Source: a virus (lineage: Duplodnaviria; Heunggongvirae; Uroviricota; Caudoviricetes). From it: a stretch of 64,000 bases of DNA. Shown piece by piece: positions 43,202 to 53,395 of this stretch. Within the stretch, counting starts at the first letter, position 1, and each line of letters opens with the position of its first letter. A model generated the notes under the pieces. The model was not told the DNA's origin. It made no database searches and saw only the letters and a program-made list of their open reading frames with translations. The stretch lies in IMG/VR virus record IMGVR_UViG_3300024348_000012, one strand, 5' to 3'. A program made the position numbers and the translations under genes.

Positions 43202-44899
43202 ATGATACAATTAGGTTTATCCGCATTTTACCACGATTCAGCAGCAGCTCTGGTTATAGATGGTAAAGTTATATGTGCAATTGAAGAAGAAAAACTATCC
43301 GGTGAAAAGCATGATAGTTCTTTTCCGTTTAAGGCAATTCAATGGTGTTTGGAATACACAAAGATAACAATTGATGAAGTTGATATGGTTTGTTGGTATG
43401 AAAATCCAAATGATAAATTTGAAAGAGTTAGAGAAACGATTGGTAAGTGGGGTGGATTAAGATTTCCAATGAAATGGAGACAATTCTTAAAAAGATGGAA
43501 TCAATCGGAAGGTAATTTAAAAGGAATATTAAAATCAATTGGATATGATGGAGAAATTTTATATTCATTACACCACCATTCACATTTAGCACTATCTTAC
43601 TACACATCACCATTTGATAAAGCAATAGGTTTATCAATTGATGGAGTTGGTGAATCGCATACGATATATGCAGCAATGTGTGATGAGTTGGGTTTTCATA
43701 AAATACAAACATTACACTTTCCTCATTCGTTGGGATTGATTTATTCAGCATTTACTGCTTATTTAGGATTTAAACCAAACGAAGGTGAGTATAAAGTAAT
43801 GGGACTTGCTCCATATGGTGATAATCAAAAATATAATAACATATTTGATAAAGTTGTTACTACCGGTGGTGAAATAGACATTGTAAAGATGGATATGTCT
43901 TACTTTACATGGCATACATCGGATAACGATATGTTTAATGATAAGTTAATTAATTTAATTGGATTCCCTCCACGTTTTAAAGATGAACCAATTGAACAAC
44001 ATCATAAAGACTTAGCTGCTTCATTACAAAGGTGGTATGAAAGTGCATTATACTTTATTATCAATAGAATTACAAATACTTGGGAATGTGAGAATTTAGT
44101 ATTAGGTGGTGGTTGTGCATATAATGGAACTGCTAATGGTAAAATTAAACAATTCACTGCAATTAAAAATGTATTCATTCCATTTGCTCCATCAGATAGT
44201 GGTTCTGCAATTGGTGCATGTTTATATCATTATCATCAAACATTTGGTAATCCCAAAGTAAAAGGTGGGGATAACCAATCACCATATTTGGGTGAGGAGT
44301 GGAGTAGTCCTGAATTACTTAAAATTATATTACAAAATCATAGAAGTAAGGTTGTAATGTATGATACCGATGATGTATTATGTAAAGAAGTTGCAAAGTT
44401 AATCAATGAAGGTAATATTGTAGGATGGTTTCAAGGTAGAACTGAATTTGGTGCAAGAGCATTGGGTAATCGTTCTATATTAGGTAATCCACATTTGTCC
44501 GACATTAGAGATAGAATTAATAAGGTTGTCAAAAAGAGAGAAATGTTTAGACCATTTGCTCCATCGGTTACACATGAAGATTATCAAAAGTATTTCCTGT
44601 CAGAAGAAGATGTTCCTTATATGAATCAGGTTGTCAAAGTTAAAAAGGATGTAAACATTCCGTCAGTAACGCATGTTGACAATTCTGCAAGGATACAGAC
44701 ACTTAAAAGAGAGGATAACCCACTTTACTATGACTTATTAAAGGAGTTTGAGAAACTAACAGGAACACCCATTCTATTGAATACATCGTTTAACTTAAAA
44801 GACCACACAATGACAAATGACCCACAAAAAGCAATTTGGACATTTCATAATTGTGACATGGATTATTTAGTATTAGGTAAATTTTTAATCAGCAAATAA
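43202..44899 (+). CDS. carbamoyltransferase (NodU/CmcH/TobZ family)
   Basis: N-terminal MIQLGLSAFYHDSAAALVIDGKVICAIEEEKLSGEKHDSSFP matches the Carbam_trans_N signature; 565 aa as expected; His-rich metal site HHHSH. Confidence 0.8.
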   Translation: MIQLGLSAFYHDSAAALVIDGKVICAIEEEKLSGEKHDSSFPFKAIQWCLEYTKITIDEVDMVCWYENPNDKFERVRETIGKWGGLRFPMKWRQFLKRWNQSEGNLKGILKSIGYDGEILYSLHHHSHLALSYYTSPFDKAIGLSIDGVGESHTIYAAMCDELGFHKIQTLHFPHSLGLIYSAFTAYLGFKPNEGEYKVMGLAPYGDNQKYNNIFDKVVTTGGEIDIVKMDMSYFTWHTSDNDMFNDKLINLIGFPPRFKDEPIEQHHKDLAASLQRWYESALYFIINRITNTWECENLVLGGGCAYNGTANGKIKQFTAIKNVFIPFAPSDSGSAIGACLYHYHQTFGNPKVKGGDNQSPYLGEEWSSPELLKIILQNHRSKVVMYDTDDVLCKEVAKLINEGNIVGWFQGRTEFGARALGNRSILGNPHLSDIRDRINKVVKKREMFRPFAPSVTHEDYQKYFLSEEDVPYMNQVVKVKKDVNIPSVTHVDNSARIQTLKREDNPLYYDLLKEFEKLTGTPILLNTSFNLKDHTMTNDPQKAIWTFHNCDMDYLVLGKFLISK

Positions 44900-45675
44900 T
44901 GAAACTACACGCATTTGGAGATAGTTGGACAGAAGGAGAAGGAACCAACTGGCCGATAGAACAATCATTTAAAGACAGAAAACAATTACAACTATTTAGA
45001 AATGAAAGTAGTTGGGTAAACACTCTTGCCAATAAATTAGGATTAGAACCTGTAAATAATGGATGGAGTGGTAAAGCAAATAATGTTATTTTTAATGAGG
45101 TTATAAATGATTTAAGAAATGGTAAAATTCATAAAGATGATTTTGTTGTTATCATGTGGAGTTCATCGTTAAGAGATTATGTTCCATTTTTACCAAAAGG
45201 TGAATGGATAAGTTGGGGACAAATGGAATTAGCAGCCTTGCCACATAAGTTTACAGAATCATACACATATGGAGATGAAAAGTTTAATAATTTTTTGGCT
45301 GAGTATAAAAAATTCTTTTTAGGAAATTTATTTACACAAAATTATTATAACATAATAAATCAAAACTATATAATTTATTTACAACATATGTTAAATGAAT
45401 ATGGTGTAAAATATATTATGTGTGATGCATTTGATTTAATGATTCAAAATTTGGATAAAAAGGATGATAACACTTATTTAATTAATAAATCAACATATTG
45501 GGGGTTTGCAAACGAATCTTTGGAATTATGGTTAATGAAAAACTTTAAAGGTGAAGATGTTTGGGAAAAGAAAATTCCAAACCCAATGAAAGTTGCACAA
45601 CACCCCAACGAAGCTGGATACCAACTGATAAGTCAGGAACTTTATAATTATATAGTAAAGAACAACATAATATAA
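44899..45675 (+). CDS. SGNH/GDSL-family hydrolase
   Basis: MKLHAFGDSWTEGEG (block I GDSx), internal Gly/Asn blocks, C-terminal QHPNEAG (DxxH-like region). Confidence 0.55.
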   Translation: MKLHAFGDSWTEGEGTNWPIEQSFKDRKQLQLFRNESSWVNTLANKLGLEPVNNGWSGKANNVIFNEVINDLRNGKIHKDDFVVIMWSSSLRDYVPFLPKGEWISWGQMELAALPHKFTESYTYGDEKFNNFLAEYKKFFLGNLFTQNYYNIINQNYIIYLQHMLNEYGVKYIMCDAFDLMIQNLDKKDDNTYLINKSTYWGFANESLELWLMKNFKGEDVWEKKIPNPMKVAQHPNEAGYQLISQELYNYIVKNNII

Positions 45676-46079
45676 TGTCAAACGAATTTCAATTATTTGA
45701 TGGTAAGAATTTATCATCATTATTTAAAGATATATACGAAAATCAACAAAACAAAAAGAAAAACATTTCTGAGTTAATTGAATCGTTAAGAAAACTTATT
45801 CGTAATGTGGGTGAAGCAACGGTTATTGCACCTATTATAAAAGATTTAATTGAGGTATCGGTTAAAAACGATGACCACTTAATTAAACTTGCAACTATTG
45901 CACAAAGACTTGCAGCTGCAGAAGCGAAAGGTATTGGTGAAGATGGTTGGTTAAGTGAACATGAAAAAACGCAATTACTACAAGATATGGAAGATACCAT
46001 CAATGCGGTAGAAGAAAAGACAAAAGAAAAAATGGGTGATTTAGAAATAGAAATTGAAGAAATAAAAACTAAATTGTAA
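45675..46079 (+). CDS. hypothetical protein
   Basis: 134-aa ORF, ATGT overlap; first gene of the apparent structural block. Confidence 0.45.
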   Translation: MSNEFQLFDGKNLSSLFKDIYENQQNKKKNISELIESLRKLIRNVGEATVIAPIIKDLIEVSVKNDDHLIKLATIAQRLAAAEAKGIGEDGWLSEHEKTQLLQDMEDTINAVEEKTKEKMGDLEIEIEEIKTKL

Positions 46080-47314
46080 TGACGAATATAGAATCATTTT
46101 TAGCTACAGTTGATAAAGTATATCCAACCGGTACTCCATTTGAACCAATAGATAGAGATGATACTGCAAGTCAAGATAATGTATCTATATACAATGGAAA
46201 TGATAAATTTGCAGACTACGACTCTAGAAAATATGGTGCAATAACTTATGATTTTGAAGATACAATTGGAATAAGCGATATTGCACATCCATTTGATAAA
46301 AATAATTTTACATTTCCAATTAAAGGAGAAACTGTAGTTATATTAAAACTACATGGTCTTACATTTTGGTTGCCATATTCAAAAACACCATATTCAAATT
46401 ATAGGAGAGATTATATAACATATGCTGCAACATTGCCTGAAGATAATATTATAGAGGCAGGTGATGATATGACTGGGTTAGCTTATAGAAAAAACACAGC
46501 AGCACCAAAAACCACAGCGACAAAACCAAAAAAAAATACCGGAGAGTATGGTATAAATGAAAAAATTAAATTTTTAAATCCAAAACAAGGTGATACGATA
46601 TTAAGTGGAAGAGTTGGTAACACAATTCGTTTTAGTGAATTCTTTTTAACCGAAGATGGAAAAACTTCATCACCTGGAATTTTCATAAGAAACAAACAAA
46701 ATTCAGAATTGGATTCAAAACCAATTGGAACTTTAATAGATGAGGATATAAATAAAGATGGTACATCGGTTTATATAACTTCTAATAAAATAAAAGTACC
46801 ATTTAAAGAAACGATAAATAAATCTAAAATTGCATTTAAAAATTATCCAGTTTCAGAAAAATTAACAGGCAATCAATTGTTTGTAAATTCGGATAGAATT
46901 GTTTTATCAGCTAAAGCAAGTGAATTCATTATGTTTGGTAAAGGAAATACAGGAATAATAACCGATGGTAATTTCTCAATTGATGCGGAAAAAGAAATAT
47001 ACATACACAATAATAAAAATATAACAATTCATTCGGATGGTAGTAATCAAATATTTTTAAATTCAGATAATGGTAAAGTTTTTATTGGAAAAAATGTAGG
47101 TATTGGAGACGCGGGCGCCGATGTACAAAAAATGGTATTAGGAGGTGAATTGGTTCAAATATTATCTAAATTAATTGATGAGATAATTGCACAACAATAT
47201 TTAACACCTGCAGGTAAAACAAAATTACCACCACTAAATCAAGGAGCATTTAGAGATATACAAAAATCACTTAAAACAATGTTATCTATGAATAATTATT
47301 TAAGTAAATCTTAA
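46079..47314 (+). CDS. baseplate central spike/needle-like structural protein (putative)
   Basis: C-terminal repetitive beta-helix-like segments (NQLFVNSDRIVLSAK / NFSIDAEKEIYIHNNKNITIHSDGSNQIFLNSDNGKVFIGKNVGIG), three genes upstream of gp25. Confidence 0.4.
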   Translation: MTNIESFLATVDKVYPTGTPFEPIDRDDTASQDNVSIYNGNDKFADYDSRKYGAITYDFEDTIGISDIAHPFDKNNFTFPIKGETVVILKLHGLTFWLPYSKTPYSNYRRDYITYAATLPEDNIIEAGDDMTGLAYRKNTAAPKTTATKPKKNTGEYGINEKIKFLNPKQGDTILSGRVGNTIRFSEFFLTEDGKTSSPGIFIRNKQNSELDSKPIGTLIDEDINKDGTSVYITSNKIKVPFKETINKSKIAFKNYPVSEKLTGNQLFVNSDRIVLSAKASEFIMFGKGNTGIITDGNFSIDAEKEIYIHNNKNITIHSDGSNQIFLNSDNGKVFIGKNVGIGDAGADVQKMVLGGELVQILSKLIDEIIAQQYLTPAGKTKLPPLNQGAFRDIQKSLKTMLSMNNYLSKS

Positions 47315-47318
47315 TATA

Positions 47319-48284
47319 ATGAATTTTGATTCATTTAAACATAGTGAAAGTGCATCCTGGACTGATTTTTATATCAATATGTTAATTGGTATGTCAAAAG
47401 TTAGAAGTATCCAAAAACTAACGATTGTAGAAAAATCCGGTGAAAGTATTACAAATACTATATTTGATAATCCATTAGCAGAAACTTTGAAAGACGAATT
47501 AAATATGTTTATGTTTGCACATGAACTTGCAGATGAATATGATTCTGTAATTAGAGGTGGTGGAGGTACTATGCTAAGTAATTTGGCGGTTGAGTTTGGA
47601 AACAAACAATTAATGCAGGATACTTTATTTGGAATATTACAAGTGACCAACATTTCAGATACTAAAACATTATTGGATAATATCGGACTTGCAGTCAAAG
47701 CTTATTGGATGGCTGCACAATTATCAACGATTAAAACACCAATTATACCATGCATTGGGTCAGTAAAAAATTTAAGAACAATCACCGGTCAATGTATTTT
47801 TCCTGGTATATGGACACCAATATTAGTAGAACCTGTTACACCATTTTCACCATTTTTAATGAGTTTTATTGCATCGGCAGCATTACATCTATTAACATTA
47901 ACAGGTTATATTGAATGTTTTTGTCAATATCCTCCACCTGCACCTCCTGCACCTGGAATTCAACCATGGGTGGGATATGTAGTAAAACCAATATCAAATC
48001 CATCCGCAGTATTAAAGAATGCGGCGAGAACTCCAAATTTAGTTTTGAATTCTTTGGCAATAGGATTTGATGCATTGGGAGACGTTACCGAAGGAGATGA
48101 TACGGAGTTTTTAGAATCAATAAAAAATTTACCACAAGCTATACAAACCGCATTAACTTCTACATATCAGGATGATAAGGCTAGAGAAAAAATCAAAGAA
48201 GTAGAATTGGCCTTGAAAAAAGAGAAAGAAGAAAAGGAAGCACTTGCAAACGCATCACAAACCCAAAATATTACTATTGGGTAA
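47319..48284 (+). CDS. hypothetical structural protein
   Basis: 321-aa ORF with a PPPAPPAPG Pro-rich linker. Confidence 0.45.
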   Translation: MNFDSFKHSESASWTDFYINMLIGMSKVRSIQKLTIVEKSGESITNTIFDNPLAETLKDELNMFMFAHELADEYDSVIRGGGGTMLSNLAVEFGNKQLMQDTLFGILQVTNISDTKTLLDNIGLAVKAYWMAAQLSTIKTPIIPCIGSVKNLRTITGQCIFPGIWTPILVEPVTPFSPFLMSFIASAALHLLTLTGYIECFCQYPPPAPPAPGIQPWVGYVVKPISNPSAVLKNAARTPNLVLNSLAIGFDALGDVTEGDDTEFLESIKNLPQAIQTALTSTYQDDKAREKIKEVELALKKEKEEKEALANASQTQNITIG

Positions 48285-48331
48285 ATTTTAACTTTCAATA
48301 TTTATTACTAAACATATACAAAACAATTATT

Positions 48332-48829
48332 ATGAAATCAGAAATTTTATTAACTTTAATTAAAGAAGTTGTTAAAAACGAAGTTAAGTTACAAGTAAAA
48401 GAAGAACTTGTTAAACTTATCAAATCTGGTGCAGTTACATTAAACTCACAAAAAAAACCATCTACTCCATCATTGCGAGAGATGACAGAAACTACACCGG
48501 TTAAAAGACAACAACCAGTTCAACAAACCCAAAAATCACAAAGAGAATTTTCAAAAGACCCAATGATAAATGAGATTTTGAATATGACACAACCTTTCAC
48601 CGCAGCTCATAGAGCAGAAGGTGGTATGGGTGGTGCAGGTGGAAGTGTGTTAGATATGATACAACCACAACAAACTATGGATGGAGATTGGGAAACTATG
48701 GATTATAGAGATATGGAAATGCCTACAAACATTCCACAACAATTTGAACCAACAGGAGATGCATTGCAAGATGCAACTATGAAAGCATTGACAAGAGATT
48801 ATTCGGAATTAGTAAAAAGATTTAAATAA
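48332..48829 (+). CDS. hypothetical protein
   Basis: 165-aa ORF. Confidence 0.45.
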   Translation: MKSEILLTLIKEVVKNEVKLQVKEELVKLIKSGAVTLNSQKKPSTPSLREMTETTPVKRQQPVQQTQKSQREFSKDPMINEILNMTQPFTAAHRAEGGMGGAGGSVLDMIQPQQTMDGDWETMDYRDMEMPTNIPQQFEPTGDALQDATMKALTRDYSELVKRFK

Positions 48830-49266
48830 TGGCAATAGAGTTAGGAAAAGTTAATGTAACCGATTTAACACAGAATAATTATAAAATATTAGGAATTGGA
48901 ATAAATAGAGCTTCCAATTCTAATGGTATTTTTGCAACAAATTACACAACTTTAACCCAAGCTAAAGATAATTTAAAAAATTTAATTTTAACAAAAAAGG
49001 GAGAACGATTACAACAACCCGAATTTGGTTGTGACATTTGGTTATTAGTTTTTGAACAAATTGACGGAGAAAATTTAGAGAATAGAATAGAATCGTCTAT
49101 ATTAGATGCCGTTCAAAGTTGGATACCAAACATTAATATAAATCAAATTATATTTGATTATGATAATAATGATATAGATAATAATAGGATTGGATTGGAT
49201 ATAAAATTTTCATTGATATCAAATCCTAATTTGACCGAAACAATACAAGTAAATGTAAATAATTAA
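48829..49266 (+). CDS. baseplate wedge protein gp25-like (GPW family)
   Basis: LTKKGERLQQPEFGCDIWLLVFEQ...ENRIESSILDAVQSWIPNI aligns with T4 gp25 TTRKGSRPFDPEFGCDLSDQLFE...ERNIESAVRNYEPRI. Confidence 0.8.
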   Translation: MAIELGKVNVTDLTQNNYKILGIGINRASNSNGIFATNYTTLTQAKDNLKNLILTKKGERLQQPEFGCDIWLLVFEQIDGENLENRIESSILDAVQSWIPNININQIIFDYDNNDIDNNRIGLDIKFSLISNPNLTETIQVNVNN

Positions 49267-49268
49267 TA

Positions 49269-51293
49269 ATGGCACTTAAACCTTTAGATAAAAGTTGGGG
49301 AAATCAAAATAAAAATTTTAATTATGTTGGCAAAGATTTTGCAACATTGAAACAAAATTTAATTGATTTTACTAAAACTTATTTTCCGGATTCATACTCC
49401 GATTTTAGTGAAGCTTCACCTGGTTCTATTTTTATAGAACAGGCAGCTGCAATTGGAGATATGTTATCTTTTTATCAAGATACCCAATTAAAAGAATCAA
49501 TACTATCATATGCAAGTGAAAAGAAAAATGTGTTAGCATTGGCACAATCCATGGGATATAAACCCAAATTAACATCACCTGCAGTAACTACATTAACTAT
49601 ATATCAAATAGTTCCAAGTATTGGATTGGGTACGTTAAATAAACCAGACGATAGATTTTATCTTAAAATAAAAGATGGACTACAAATTGATTCTAATAAC
49701 GGAGTAACTTTTAGAAGTACAGATATAGTTGATTTTTCATTAGCAGACGGTAGAGAAATTGATGTATATGAGAGAGATACAAATACACAAGAACCATCTA
49801 GATATTTAATTACTAAAAAAGTAAAAGCAATATCTGCAACTGAAAAAACTACAACGATTTCATTTACTACAAATGATGTAGATTATCCAACGGCCACGAT
49901 TGTTGATTCAAATATAATTGCAATAAATTCGGTTGTTGATGAAGATAATATAAAATATTATGAAGTACCTTATTTGGCTCAAGAAACTATTTTTGTAGAA
50001 CAACCAAACACATCATACAATTCAAAACTATCAGAATATTCAAATACAGTACCATATATTTTAGAAGTACAAAAAGTACCTAGAAGGTTTTCTGTAAAAG
50101 TAAATTCTGATGATAGTATTGATTTACAATTTGGTAGTGGTGATGTTACTATGTCGGATGAAAGAATATTACCAAACCCAAAAAATGTAGGATTAGGATT
50201 GGCTAATTCGGTTAATAGATTAAATCAAGGTATTGACCCTTCTAATTTTTTAAAAACAAATACATTTGGAATAGCACCCACAAATACAACATTGACTATA
50301 AAATATTTAGTAGGTGGTGGTGTTGAATCAAATGTAAATACTGGTGATTTAAATAGAATTAGTAGAATTGAATTTGAAGAAGATTTACTATCCTTAAGTG
50401 ATACCGATTTGAGAATATATAATGATATAAAAAATACAGTAGCAGCTGAAAATTTAGAACCTGCAGTTGGTGGTAGGGGTGCAGAATCAATAGATGAAAT
50501 TAGAAATAATGCAATTGCAATGTTTGGTTCTCAAAATAGAGCAGTAACTAGACAAGATTATATTGTAAGAGCTTTATCAATGCCTGAAAGATATGGTAGT
50601 GTTGCAAAAGTATATGTTAGTCCTGATGGTGAAGTTGACAATAATAGTCCTGCTTCAATACTTGCAAATCCAAAAAATATTGCTGAATTTACAAATTTAG
50701 TAGATGGATTGAAAACAAAATCTAAAACAGATATTCAAAAAGAATTGATTAAATATTTAACTCAAAAACAATCCAATGTTGCAGAAAATAATAATCCATT
50801 TGCAATTAATATGTATGTTTTAGGATATGATTTAAATAAAAATTTAACAAATTTAAACTTAGCCGTAAAACAAAATCTAAAAACATATTTAGGTGAATAT
50901 CGTATGATAACAGACGCAGTAAATATGATTAATGGATTTATTATAAACATTGGTTGTGATTTTGAAATTATATGTTATTCAAATTTTAATAAAAGAGAAG
51001 TTATTACAAATTGTTTAAATCAATTGAAAGATTATTTTAATATAGATAATTGGACATTTAATAAACCAATAAACATTTCAGAAATAGAATTAATTCTTGC
51101 GAATGTAGAAGGAGTTATGAGTGTACCATCCGTTAAGATTTCAAATTTATGCAGTGAAGCTGGAACAAATTATTCACCAAATAAATATAATATAGATGAA
51201 GCAACTAAAGGTAAGATTGTCTATCCTTCTTTAGACCCATCAATATTTGAAGTTAAATTTCCTAACAAAGACATAAAAGGGAGGGCTTTATAA
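49269..51293 (+). CDS. baseplate wedge protein gp6-like (baseplate J family)
   Basis: N-terminal FATLKQNLIDFTKTYFPDSYSDFSEASPGSIFIEQAAAIGDMLSFYQD...ALAQSMGYKPKLTSPAVTTLTI parallels T4 gp6 (FAEIKQNLIEW...DYDFEGS...AQDNGYLPTSKSAAQTEI). 674 aa versus 660 aa; directly follows gp25. Confidence 0.75.
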   Translation: MALKPLDKSWGNQNKNFNYVGKDFATLKQNLIDFTKTYFPDSYSDFSEASPGSIFIEQAAAIGDMLSFYQDTQLKESILSYASEKKNVLALAQSMGYKPKLTSPAVTTLTIYQIVPSIGLGTLNKPDDRFYLKIKDGLQIDSNNGVTFRSTDIVDFSLADGREIDVYERDTNTQEPSRYLITKKVKAISATEKTTTISFTTNDVDYPTATIVDSNIIAINSVVDEDNIKYYEVPYLAQETIFVEQPNTSYNSKLSEYSNTVPYILEVQKVPRRFSVKVNSDDSIDLQFGSGDVTMSDERILPNPKNVGLGLANSVNRLNQGIDPSNFLKTNTFGIAPTNTTLTIKYLVGGGVESNVNTGDLNRISRIEFEEDLLSLSDTDLRIYNDIKNTVAAENLEPAVGGRGAESIDEIRNNAIAMFGSQNRAVTRQDYIVRALSMPERYGSVAKVYVSPDGEVDNNSPASILANPKNIAEFTNLVDGLKTKSKTDIQKELIKYLTQKQSNVAENNNPFAINMYVLGYDLNKNLTNLNLAVKQNLKTYLGEYRMITDAVNMINGFIINIGCDFEIICYSNFNKREVITNCLNQLKDYFNIDNWTFNKPINISEIELILANVEGVMSVPSVKISNLCSEAGTNYSPNKYNIDEATKGKIVYPSLDPSIFEVKFPNKDIKGRAL

Positions 51294-52633
51294 TGCATAA
51301 ATTTTTTACATCGTCATTTGACGCAAGTATATATCTTCAACAACCTGAACAAAACGCAGGTAGAGATGAAATATTAGAAGTAGGTAAACTTTACTATGGT
51401 TCTGTTATGGATGTAGCTAGAACTTTAATTAAATTTGATACAACACAGATTTCTGAAGTTGTTTTGGAAGAATCTGCATCGTTGAATAGTTTATTAAATT
51501 CAAATAGTGCATCCGTTTCCACAATATCATCTTCATGGTATACGGCAGTATCATCATCATTATATTGGTCATCATCATATAGTACTAGTTTATCAGTTAC
51601 CAATAGTTTATCATCATCATATTCTGCATCTTGGAATAATTATGTAACACAATCTTTGGTAGTTTCCGCTTCATATAATTTAGAGTCGGCATCTTTAGCG
51701 TTGGGTATTTCAAACGGAGATTATGTGTTTAATTATAAAACATACTTAAATTTAAAATCAGCAAATTCGGAAGAGTTACCATTAGAATATTCAATTTATG
51801 CAAACGCAGTTTCTCAAAGTTGGACAATGGGAACTGGTACAAAATTTGATAATATAACATCCGATGGTGTGAGTTGGTATTACAGAGATGGTAGTTCTAA
51901 ATGGTTGGATTTAACAAGTTCATATAGTCCCGGTTCGGATACAGGTTCAATAAAAAGTAGTGGCGGTGGTACTTGGTATACCGCATCTATGGCATGTCAG
52001 TCATTTAGTAATGAGCCAGATGATATTAGAATGGATATTACCAATATTGTAAATTTATGGGTTAGTGGTTCTTTACCAAACAATGGAATTATATTACATC
52101 ATCACACATCGGCGTCAATCAGTACAGACAATGATGGTTTAGATTATGGTTTATTAAAGTTTTTTTCAAAGGAAACGAATACAATATATGAACCTAAATT
52201 AGAATTAGTTTGGGATGATAGTTTATTCATAACAGGAAGTTTAACACCTGTAACAGGTTCGGCAAGCGATGACTATAAAGTTGTAGTTACCAATTTGAAA
52301 AATGAATATCCTTCAAACTCTAAAGTAAAAATAAGAGTTAAAGGTAGAGATATGTTTCCATATAAAACATTTGGAACAACATTTGGATATGACCAAGCAA
52401 AATATCTACCATCAGGTTCAACATATTATCAAATTGAAGATTATATAACAAACGAAATAATAGTCCCATTTGGTGATTATTCTAAATTAAGTTGTGATAG
52501 TACATCAAATTATTTCAATTTAGATACGTCAACATATGCAGCAGATAGGGTTTATAGATTAAAGATTAAAATTTTACAAAACGGAATAACCGACATAATA
52601 GATGATAAATTGACATTTAAAATAGTAGAATAA
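51293..52633 (+). CDS. structural protein with Ser-rich low-complexity region (baseplate/fibre-associated)
   Basis: 446 aa; SSSWYTAVSSSLYWSSSYSTSLSVTNSLSSSYSAS stretch; ATGC overlap with gp6-like. Confidence 0.45.
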   Translation: MHKFFTSSFDASIYLQQPEQNAGRDEILEVGKLYYGSVMDVARTLIKFDTTQISEVVLEESASLNSLLNSNSASVSTISSSWYTAVSSSLYWSSSYSTSLSVTNSLSSSYSASWNNYVTQSLVVSASYNLESASLALGISNGDYVFNYKTYLNLKSANSEELPLEYSIYANAVSQSWTMGTGTKFDNITSDGVSWYYRDGSSKWLDLTSSYSPGSDTGSIKSSGGGTWYTASMACQSFSNEPDDIRMDITNIVNLWVSGSLPNNGIILHHHTSASISTDNDGLDYGLLKFFSKETNTIYEPKLELVWDDSLFITGSLTPVTGSASDDYKVVVTNLKNEYPSNSKVKIRVKGRDMFPYKTFGTTFGYDQAKYLPSGSTYYQIEDYITNEIIVPFGDYSKLSCDSTSNYFNLDTSTYAADRVYRLKIKILQNGITDIIDDKLTFKIVE

Positions 52634-53394
52634 TGGCATTAACATCTTTAGAAAATGCAACTGCAGTCCAATTACAAAAAAGGAAAGATGACCTAAATAA
52701 AATATTAACGGAATTGGGGTCACAGGCAATGGTGACAAACGATTATAATATAAACTATGTTTCCGATACAAACGTAGCCAGTACATTGATATTTAATCCA
52801 TTAGTTAACTCAAAATTTGATAATATAGAATTAGCTAAAGCAATAGATGTTGAAATAACGGAGTTAATACCAAACGTAAATAAATCAAAAAAAAATCTAA
52901 TACCAAAAGATATATATGATACTGAGGTTCAAATTCAAAAAGATTTGCAAATTGAATTAGACAATTTAAATTCTAATATACCTCTATTAAATAAAGAAAT
53001 TGATGGTTTACAAATTGAATTAGAAAAACAAATTAACGAACGTTTAAAAATAGAACAAACACAAGATGTATTACAAAATCAATTAAACACACTTACGGAT
53101 TTAATTGAATTGTATTCAACAAAAATTGCACAAGTGGTACAAAAATCAACGGATGAATCAATATTAAGAACATCACTAGAATCACAAAACGCTGGGTTAA
53201 AAGCACAAATTGAAGGATTGATTAAACAAATAGAAACATTATATGCAATAATAACTGGATTATTAAATCAAATTGGTGCAGAAATTAGAATAACAAAAAC
53301 ACAAATATTCCCAAGTACACCTGGTGGAGCCGGTGGTGGTAGAGAAGATGGAAATAACTCTGACCCAAGCAATGAATTAAAAAAATATAAGTAA
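52633..53394 (+). CDS. coiled-coil tail-fibre-like protein, paralog 1
   Basis: N-terminus SLENATAVQLQKRKDDLNKILTELGS homologous to ORF 53396; heptad-rich; Gly-rich C-terminus GGAGGGREDG. Confidence 0.45.
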   Translation: MALTSLENATAVQLQKRKDDLNKILTELGSQAMVTNDYNINYVSDTNVASTLIFNPLVNSKFDNIELAKAIDVEITELIPNVNKSKKNLIPKDIYDTEVQIQKDLQIELDNLNSNIPLLNKEIDGLQIELEKQINERLKIEQTQDVLQNQLNTLTDLIELYSTKIAQVVQKSTDESILRTSLESQNAGLKAQIEGLIKQIETLYAIITGLLNQIGAEIRITKTQIFPSTPGGAGGGREDGNNSDPSNELKKYK

Positions 53395-53395
53395 A

